55,961 nucleotides of DNA from Verrucomicrobiota bacterium (GTDB lineage Bacteria > Verrucomicrobiota > Verrucomicrobiia > Opitutales > Seribacteraceae): assembly GCA_027622665.1 (NCBI GenBank), contig JAQBYT010000024.1:1-55961 (forward strand), read 5' to 3'. Below the pieces are notes generated by a model. It was given only the letters and a program-made list of their open reading frames with translations, searched no databases and was not told the DNA's origin. Below, one piece after another: positions 49,210 through 55,961 of the stretch. The number at the start of each line of letters is the position of its first letter. The first letter of the stretch is position 1. A program made the translations under genes and the position numbers.

Positions 49210-49790
49210 GGCTTTTTACTTTTTGATAAAACGGTTTTTGCGGTGGATTCGCTCTTCAAGGGGATTGAAATGGTTTCCTTTCCGTCATCCATGGAAAGGA
49301 GGAGAGAGTTCGAAAGTGGATCTGCCGTTAGGGAAATATTCCCTCGCCGACTTATGGTTTCTCCACGAGCGATCTGCACGTCTCCCCAGACTCGCAAGGC
49401 TCCCGCGGAGGTAAACTTGCCCTTGGTTGCGGTGATCCGGAAGGCATCGCCAGTCTGAGGGCGTATAACCAGCTCAATGGGTTCGGCTACGGCGTAGCGC
49501 ACGCCCCGTTTTGCCGAGACTTTTTGAAACAAGTCGAGCAAAGTCTCCTTCCTCGCCCAACGAGCATCCAAATCGATGTGGAGGTCGTGAATTTTGAGGA
49601 AAGCCAGACCTAGTCGCAAAAAACCTACCTTGGGCTTTTCCGCAGTGGCCTCCTTGTAACCGACTTGCAAGTAGCGGCGACCGGATTCATCGTCAAAGAA
49701 AGCAGTTTGAAGTCCCTTGAAGTCGCGAAGGGAGGGGAACTTGGCTTTTGCGGAAAGTCCGCAGCAAGTTCCAGAAACAAGCAAACACAA
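49206..49790 (-). CDS. Hypothetical exported protein, translationally coupled to the FGE gene
   Basis: Hydrophobic N-terminus, beta-rich; its stop overlaps the next ATG (ATGA at 49206-49209). Start uncertain. Confidence 0.6.
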   Translation of the reverse strand: MCLLVSGTCCGLSAKAKFPSLRDFKGLQTAFFDDESGRRYLQVGYKEATAEKPKVGFLRLGLAFLKIHDLHIDLDARWARKETLLDLFQKVSAKRGVRYAVAEPIELVIRPQTGDAFRITATKGKFTSAGALRVWGDVQIARGETISRRGNISLTADPLSNSLLLSMDDGKETISIPLKSESTAKTVLSKSKKP

Positions 49791-50037
49791 AACAAGCAGA
49801 AGGAATCCGCTTGAAGGAAATTGAGGGGGGAAAGTTTTTACGAGGGATTTAATTAGTCGAACTAGTGGGATTAAACTAAATAATTGAAATTAAAACCTAA
49901 AGATCAATCCTATTCCTGCACTATCCGAGCGAACAAATCACCCCCCTCCCTCTTGAGAAGTTCGGGAAGACGGAATTCCCGAATATGTGGCGATGGATTC
50001 CGAAACAGTCTCGGAATGTCGACGTAGGAGAAAAGAC

Positions 50038-51654
50038 TTAAACGGCGCCTTCGCCGAGGAAGAAGTCGTTGCCCTTGTCGTCGGTGATGATGAAGGCGGG
50101 GAAGTCCACGACCTCTATGCGGCGAATCGCCTCCATGCCCAATTCCTCATACTCCACGATCTCCACGCTCTTGATGCAATTTTTGGCCAATCTAGCGGCG
50201 GAACCACCGATGCTGCCTAGGTAGAAGCCACCATGATCTTTGCAAGCCTTGACGACCATCTTCGAGCGATTGCCCTTGGCCAACATGACGAGGGAACCGC
50301 CTGCAGCTTGAAATTTGTTGACGAATGCGTCCATGCGACCGGCGGTGGTCGGCCCGAAGGAACCCGAGGCATAACCCTCCGGCGTTTTGGCGGGGCCTGC
50401 ATAATAAACGGGGAATTGCTTGAAGTATTCCGGCAATTCTTCACCTGCGTCCAAACGCTCACGAAGTTTGGAGTGGGCGAGATCGCGGGCTACGATCAAA
50501 GGTCCCGAAAGCGAGAGTCTAGTTTGAACAGGATGCTTGGAAAGTTCCGCCCGGACGGCATCCATGCCTTGGTTCAGGTCGATGTGGACGGCGTCATCGC
50601 CCTCTTCCACGAACTCCGGTAAAAAGCGAGCCGGGTTACGTTCGAGTTGCTCGAGAAACACGCCCTCGGAAGTTATCTTGCCAAGGGCTTGACGATCGGC
50701 CGAGCAGCTCACCCCTATACCAATTGGCAGGCTGGCACCGTGACGAGGCAATCGGATGACTCGGATATCGAGACAGAAATACTTACCGCCGAATTGAGCG
50801 CCGATTCCGCGTTTGCGGGTCAGTTCGAGAATTTTCTCCTCTATTTCAGGACAGCGAATGGCGTGACCATGTTCGTTGCCGACGGTGGGGAGATCATCCA
50901 AGTAGCGTGCGCTAACGAGCTTGACCGTCTTGAGATTCATTTCAGCAGAAGTCCCTCCAATGACCACCGCGAGGTGATAAGGTGGACAGGCAGCCGTGCC
51001 TAGAGCAGCGATGCGTTCGTCGAGGTATTCCAGAAGAAGATCCTCACGAAGCAGAGAGGGTGTACCTTGATGCAGGAAAGTCTTGTTTGCGGAGCCTCCG
51101 CCCTTGGCCACGAATAGAAAGGAGTATTCATCGCCATCAACGTGATGAAGGTCTATCTGCGCGGGAAGATTGGAACGGGTGTTCTTCTCCTCGAACATGG
51201 AGAGCGGTGCGAGTTGCGAGAAGCGAAGGTTGTCGGTGGCGTAGGTTTTTTCAATGCCGCGAGCAAGAGCGTGATCGTCTCCGCCGGGAGTCCAGACGCA
51301 ACGTCCTTTTTTACCCATGACGATGGCGGTGCCCGTGTCTTGGCACATGGGAAGAACTCCCTCCGCGGCAATCTGAGAATTACGGAGAAGGTCTAGAGCC
51401 ACGAAGCGGTCGTTGGCGGAAGCCTCGGGGTCGTCGAGAATGCCCCGCAATTGCTCCAAGTGACCGGAACGAAGAAAATGAGAGATGTCGTGAAAAGCTT
51501 CGCGTGAAAGAAGCTCAAGCGCGGCAGGTTCAACCTTCAGTACTTTCTCGCCTTCGAACTCGGTCATAGACACATGCTCGTCGGTTAGTTTTCGCCAAGT
51601 GATATCCCCGTGACTGCTGACGGGAAAAGGATTTTGGTGCGTGTTTTCACTCAT
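50038..51654 (-). CDS. fumA: Class I (Fe-S) fumarate hydratase
   Basis: [48 protein letters not shown]. Confidence 0.95.
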   Translation of the reverse strand: MSENTHQNPFPVSSHGDITWRKLTDEHVSMTEFEGEKVLKVEPAALELLSREAFHDISHFLRSGHLEQLRGILDDPEASANDRFVALDLLRNSQIAAEGVLPMCQDTGTAIVMGKKGRCVWTPGGDDHALARGIEKTYATDNLRFSQLAPLSMFEEKNTRSNLPAQIDLHHVDGDEYSFLFVAKGGGSANKTFLHQGTPSLLREDLLLEYLDERIAALGTAACPPYHLAVVIGGTSAEMNLKTVKLVSARYLDDLPTVGNEHGHAIRCPEIEEKILELTRKRGIGAQFGGKYFCLDIRVIRLPRHGASLPIGIGVSCSADRQALGKITSEGVFLEQLERNPARFLPEFVEEGDDAVHIDLNQGMDAVRAELSKHPVQTRLSLSGPLIVARDLAHSKLRERLDAGEELPEYFKQFPVYYAGPAKTPEGYASGSFGPTTAGRMDAFVNKFQAAGGSLVMLAKGNRSKMVVKACKDHGGFYLGSIGGSAARLAKNCIKSVEIVEYEELGMEAIRRIEVVDFPAFIITDDKGNDFFLGEGAV

Positions 51655-51738
51655 AGAAAGTAAACACTGAAAACGGAAGATGCGATCTTCCGCAAGTTAA
51701 ACTGGTAATGACGACGAAGATAGAGGTGACCTCAGGGG

Positions 51739-52857
51739 TCAATTCTGCTTACTCACATTGCCATCAGGCACATCAGGATTGCCGGACTTTGAAGTGGAGT
51801 CGCCTTGATCCGGAACCACTGCTTCGACCTCCGCAATTTCCGTTTGTTCGTTGGGAATAGGGTCGGGCGGAAGAGGTCGGCTTGATACTCGTATGGGAAC
51901 TTCGAGTTCTTTGCCTTCACGCGAAATGACAAAGGTCACGAATTGGCCTGGCCGAGCATAAAAAGCCGAGTGAGCAACGTCTCCTCGATTGCGGATGGTA
52001 GAATCTCCGATACGAACAAGGCGATCACCATTGCGCAAATCGGAGGATGCGGCAGGGGATCCTTCCACCAAACCCTCGACAATTACGTCGAATCCGTTCC
52101 GGGCGTTTAACTTTCGTACAACTGTTACGCCGAACCAAGCGTAGGTAACTTTACCGGTGAGCAAAAGATCGTCTCGAATGCGAGCGCAAGCTTTAGCAGG
52201 TAAAACGAATGAGGAGCGAAGGTCGGGCAATGAGGCGTATGTCAATCCGATGAACTTTCCGTTGAGATCGAGCACAGGAGCACCGACTTCACCAGGACCA
52301 ACGGCAATACTCGTGCGCATCATCAGAGTGGGAAACAAGCGACGACCGAATGCAGGTTCACTACCTTGAACAATGCCAAGAGCAGGCGCAGGCTGAAATT
52401 CGAGGGCAGAGGTCAAGGCTAAGGCGAAAGAGCCTACGGGCGGGATGTCCCCGGGTTCACCAAAAACGACAAAAGAAAACTTCTCAGGGAGATTCTTTAC
52501 CTTAAGTAGAGCAACATTACTTACTATGTCCTCTCCCACGACCTCGGAAAGAAAGAAATTGCCGTCGAACTCAACCCAAACACGGTCGGCGTCACGGAGG
52601 AGAGCCGAGGTAAGAACGTGTCCTTCGTTACTGACAAAAAAACCAGTTCCCATTTTGAGTGAACGTTTGATTTTTTTATCATCACGAGTTTCCCGGGTCG
52701 CCTTGACACGAACAATTGCGGTTTTGTGGCGGGCAAAGAGATCAATAACTCTGCGTTGAAGCACCAAGGATGCATCTATTGTATCCTGAGCGAACAAAGA
52801 CGTTGAAGGTAATCCAACAAACAAAAGCGACAGACCAGTCGCCAACCCTCTGGTCAT
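51739..52857 (-). CDS. HtrA/DegS-like trypsin + PDZ protein, catalytic triad absent
   Basis: GTGFFV..GHVLT, SNVALLKV, GPGEVGAPVLDLNGKFIG; PDZ AWFGV...GSPAASSDLRNGD. Confidence 0.82.
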   Translation of the reverse strand: MTRGLATGLSLLFVGLPSTSLFAQDTIDASLVLQRRVIDLFARHKTAIVRVKATRETRDDKKIKRSLKMGTGFFVSNEGHVLTSALLRDADRVWVEFDGNFFLSEVVGEDIVSNVALLKVKNLPEKFSFVVFGEPGDIPPVGSFALALTSALEFQPAPALGIVQGSEPAFGRRLFPTLMMRTSIAVGPGEVGAPVLDLNGKFIGLTYASLPDLRSSFVLPAKACARIRDDLLLTGKVTYAWFGVTVVRKLNARNGFDVIVEGLVEGSPAASSDLRNGDRLVRIGDSTIRNRGDVAHSAFYARPGQFVTFVISREGKELEVPIRVSSRPLPPDPIPNEQTEIAEVEAVVPDQGDSTSKSGNPDVPDGNVSKQN

Positions 52858-52861
52858 CGCT

Positions 52862-53416
52862 CTAAAAAGTAACCGGATGCACCGGTTGGTCCGAATCGGA
52901 CGCAAACAAGGTAAGGGTAGATTCCTCGAAAGTGGCGTCTTCGGAAGCAAATCGAATCGACTTGCCCATGAAACCAGTCACAACCCCATCGAGGTCGTCA
53001 CTAAAAGTAAGCGCAATGGCACCATCCACAAATTCACCGCCACGAGATTCCGCAACAGCAGAACTTACTTGTAATAACCGGTCGTCAATATTTCCCGATG
53101 CTAATTGAGGTGGATTCACAGTCAACGCAGCATTAGGATCATCAAGGAGTGGTCCGCCTGTAAAAATAAGCAAAGCCGCGGCAATTGCTCCCATCCCAAA
53201 AGTAGGAGCAAACCATCTAAGTGCAATGCGGCGCCAAACACCCGACTCGACGGGCTCAACAACAAAGGACTCCATTGCTCGTCGACGAAACTCCGCCTGA
53301 AAATCATCCCACGAATCAGGTTCGGGTTGCTCGAAACGCTTAATATGAAGCAAATCCTCTACCGTGAGAGGTTTATGCTCATTCTTTTCTTCGGATTTAA
53401 ATTTCACTTGTTTCAC
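52862..53416 (-). CDS. Putative single-TM anti-sigma factor
   Basis: GTGA overlap with the sigma stop; LLHIKRFEQPEPDSWDDF N-terminus; one TM segment. Confidence 0.6.
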   Translation of the reverse strand: MKQVKFKSEEKNEHKPLTVEDLLHIKRFEQPEPDSWDDFQAEFRRRAMESFVVEPVESGVWRRIALRWFAPTFGMGAIAAALLIFTGGPLLDDPNAALTVNPPQLASGNIDDRLLQVSSAVAESRGGEFVDGAIALTFSDDLDGVVTGFMGKSIRFASEDATFEESTLTLFASDSDQPVHPVTF

Positions 53417-54039
53417 TTTAGATAGTCGGACAAGTAGCCCTGCAACTGTTGCTTGGCATAATGTAGTCGCGAACGGACTGTTCCCTCGGAACATTTCATG
53501 ATTTCAGAAATTTGTTTATGACTTTGACCTTCGATTTCAAACAAAACAACGATTGCCCTATGTTTGTTTGACAGTTTCTGAAGGGCTTCGTTCAATTTTT
53601 CCTGTAGTTCATTTAGCAGCGTGCCACGATCTGCTTTGGAACGGGAGGCAAGCACTTCGAATGCCGTTTCTTGGTTAACTTCCTCTGAAAGGTTTTCCAA
53701 ACTGAAAAATCTCCGAGACCTGTTTTTTTGAAGATGACTGAGCGTAATGTTGACGCCAATGCGGTAAAGCCAAGTAAAAAAAGATGATTTGCCTTTGAAG
53801 CGACCGATGGAACGAAAAGCCTTTACAAATGCTTCTTGCGTAAGGTCGGCGGCATCCTCTCTGTTTGAGGTCATGTTGTAAATGACGGACATAAGTCTCT
53901 CTCGATGTCTAACAGTCAAAGCGTCGAAGGCACCAAGGTCACCTTTTTGTGCTTTTGACACCAAGGTTACATCACGATCGTTAACCAGAGTCTGAGAAGA
54001 CTCGGAATGTGGTACCGTAGTTGCCTTTGATAAAGCCAT
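53413..54039 (-). CDS. ECF sigma-70 factor (RpoE/SigW-like)
   Basis: GDLGAFDAL, DLTQEAFVKAF, FFTWLYRIGVN, GTVRSRLHYAK. Confidence 0.93.
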   Translation of the reverse strand: MALSKATTVPHSESSQTLVNDRDVTLVSKAQKGDLGAFDALTVRHRERLMSVIYNMTSNREDAADLTQEAFVKAFRSIGRFKGKSSFFTWLYRIGVNITLSHLQKNRSRRFFSLENLSEEVNQETAFEVLASRSKADRGTLLNELQEKLNEALQKLSNKHRAIVVLFEIEGQSHKQISEIMKCSEGTVRSRLHYAKQQLQGYLSDYLK

Positions 54040-54128
54040 CAGTTCAGCGTCAAAAAGAGTAAATTAAGTTAATAATGCGTGCTATCGCAAGTGAAAAGCG
54101 ACATGAGACGAAGACTATTAAAAAGAAA

Positions 54129-55163
54129 TCAGCCCAGAAGGATCGCTACACGGTCTACGATTACTTGTCGGAGGTCGCCGAGATGCCTAGCGATGGTATC
54201 ATCAGTAAACTCGGAAAGGGTGTTGCCGATTGCGGAAAGTTCTTCGTCGAGAAGCTCACGGCATTCTTCATGCACCCCATGCGTTCTCATAAGATCGATC
54301 ATTTCTAGAACTATCTCGGGATTTGGCTCACGACCTGAATTTAAAAGAGTTTCGTGAAGTCTTGCCGCTTCGAAATTGGAAAGCTTGGAAAATAAAGTGA
54401 TTGTCGGTAAAGTAACTTTTCCGTGAGCCAAATCTCTCCCGAGAGATTTCCCGAAATCAGCTTCCCTTCCGAAAACATCGGCTAAGTCGTCAAAAATTTG
54501 ATACGCCAAACCAAGGCGGCGTCCGAAGTCACACGCTAGTGCCGAGGTGGCATCGTCAAGACCAGCAACATGAGAACCCAGACGACAAGAAACGCTGAAC
54601 AATTCGGCAGTCTTCGCCTCAATGATTTGCCTGTAGCGCAAAGAAGTAAGAGTGAAATCACCTCGGAGAAAGCTTTGCTGAATTTCCCCCGAACATGTTC
54701 GACGAGTTGCTGTAGCAACCCAACGGCAAACTTCGTTTTCTGGAAACTCGGAAGCCATTTCCAACGCATGTGCGAAAAGGGCATCGCCTAACAGTATTGC
54801 CGCGGTAGCTCCGCGATCAGCGTATACTGTTTGGCGATCTCGCCGAATAGAGGCATCGTCGAGAACATCGTCGTGAACCAAGGTCGCAACATGCACGAAT
54901 TCTACGATCGCTCCAGCCTTTATGAGGTTTTTCGAAACAGCCAAGTTACCGGTTCCACAAGCATGAACTAGGGCGGGACGAATTCGTTTCCCGCCAGACA
55001 TTAGGGCTTGAACTGCTAATTCTCGAACAGCGTGGTCGAAATATTTAGTGCGATCTACCAGATAAGATTCAAAATTGGCTAGAAACCCTTCGAGCGAATT
55101 CGTGCAAATAGGAACATTCCCCCTAATTGCACGATTATCGGGAAGTGATGCTAGCACATCCAT
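54129..55163 (-). CDS. Polyprenyl diphosphate synthase
   Basis: GGKRIRP, LVHDDVLD, KTAELF, YQIFDDLAD. Confidence 0.92.
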   Translation of the reverse strand: MDVLASLPDNRAIRGNVPICTNSLEGFLANFESYLVDRTKYFDHAVRELAVQALMSGGKRIRPALVHACGTGNLAVSKNLIKAGAIVEFVHVATLVHDDVLDDASIRRDRQTVYADRGATAAILLGDALFAHALEMASEFPENEVCRWVATATRRTCSGEIQQSFLRGDFTLTSLRYRQIIEAKTAELFSVSCRLGSHVAGLDDATSALACDFGRRLGLAYQIFDDLADVFGREADFGKSLGRDLAHGKVTLPTITLFSKLSNFEAARLHETLLNSGREPNPEIVLEMIDLMRTHGVHEECRELLDEELSAIGNTLSEFTDDTIARHLGDLRQVIVDRVAILLG

Positions 55164-55257
55164 CTGATGGTGTATTCCCGAAGGAAAATAAAAAGTAAAA
55201 GGAGGAGGAACTCGTTAATAGACGTCAAATAAAATGAAATCCATAACTGAGCCACAA

Positions 55258-55353
55258 CTACCAGTCTTTCTTTTTGTGGCGGTTTGCCCGCATGCGTTTG
55301 CGACGCTTGTGCTTGTTCATCTTCAAGCGTCGCTTTTTTTTCAAATTACCCAT
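55258..55353 (-). CDS. 31-aa basic protein of the AURKAIP1/COX24 (bS22/mS38-like) family
   Basis: Hand translation [31 protein letters not shown]; below the ORF track length cut-off. Confidence 0.85.
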   Translation of the reverse strand: MGNLKKKRRLKMNKHKRRKRMRANRHKKKDW

Positions 55354-55397
55354 ATCTAATTTTCGGGAGTATATTGTTTATTTAGAAAGATTTCAAT

Positions 55398-55436
55398 GTA
55401 AAAAGACCCGCGCCTTCCTCTCGGAAGACGCGGGTC
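55398..55436 (-). terminator. rRNA operon terminator
   Basis: GACCCGCG-cCTTCC-tctc-GGAAGa-CGCGGGTC with an A-run on its left, just downstream of 5S. Confidence 0.8.
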
Positions 55437-55441
55437 ACAAG

Positions 55442-55558
55442 ACTGGCGACGACCTACTCTCGCACAGCAGCGTGGCTGCACTACCATCGGCGATTAAGGG
55501 CTTAACGAGCGTGTTCGGGATGGGAACGTGTGTTTCACCTTACCTATGATCACCAGAG
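55442..55558 (-). rRNA. rrf: 5S rRNA
   Basis: CTGGCGACGACCTACTCT...ACTACCATCGGC...GTTCGGGATGGGAAC...CACCAG is the reverse complement of the 5S consensus; ends approximate. Confidence 0.95.
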
Positions 55559-55690
55559 TGTTACTCCTGGGGACTGCCAAGGGCGTCATCAAGGTCGTCG
55601 CCGCGGCAGTCCGCGTGACGGAAAAATTAGTTTAACGTATGGGGACGTAAGCGTCACCGAAATGCATGAGAACGGCGAACGGAAAATATG

Positions 55691-55961
<271 letters not shown>

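Overview
This window is bacterial chromosome, most likely from a marine Verrucomicrobiota (Opitutales-like) genome, inferred from the PEP-CTERM protein, gene order and protein style. The backbone is housekeeping: ruvC, recF, cysteine desulfurase, the HIT-phoH-7TM-HD-ybeY-DUF502-recO cluster, glgA, SNF2 helicase, lptF/G-kdsB, trpB-yicC, ileS-dksA-lspA, rpsB-tsf, tRNA-fMet, aroQ, class I fumarase, an ECF sigma operon, polyprenyl synthase, and the 3' end of an rRNA operon. Three cell-surface loci are embedded in it. (1) At <1..2604, a fibre-like protein absent from the ORF track has an 11-repeat stalk in which every repeat carries a D-L-N-X-S/T bacterial (PglB-type) N-glycosylation sequon, and ends in an FGE/CLec domain. 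(2) At 18646..31223, a PEP-CTERM protein and a divergent ~2390-aa adhesin share an N-terminal domain, followed by a TIGR02597-like protein. (3) At 44806..49790, an island holds a mosaic LRR...FGE protein whose 3' end resembles a DGR variable region followed by a hairpin. The main candidate novelties are D/E-X-N-X-S/T sequon enrichment in exported proteins (putative N-glycosylation system), a recurring Trp-rich terminal domain (candidate anchoring/sorting signal), a possible remote DGR target, and a catalytically dead HtrA-like protein in the ECF sigma/anti-sigma operon. No oligosaccharyltransferase, reverse transcriptase, template repeat, transposase or CRISPR array was seen. All family calls come from motif recognition, not database searches.
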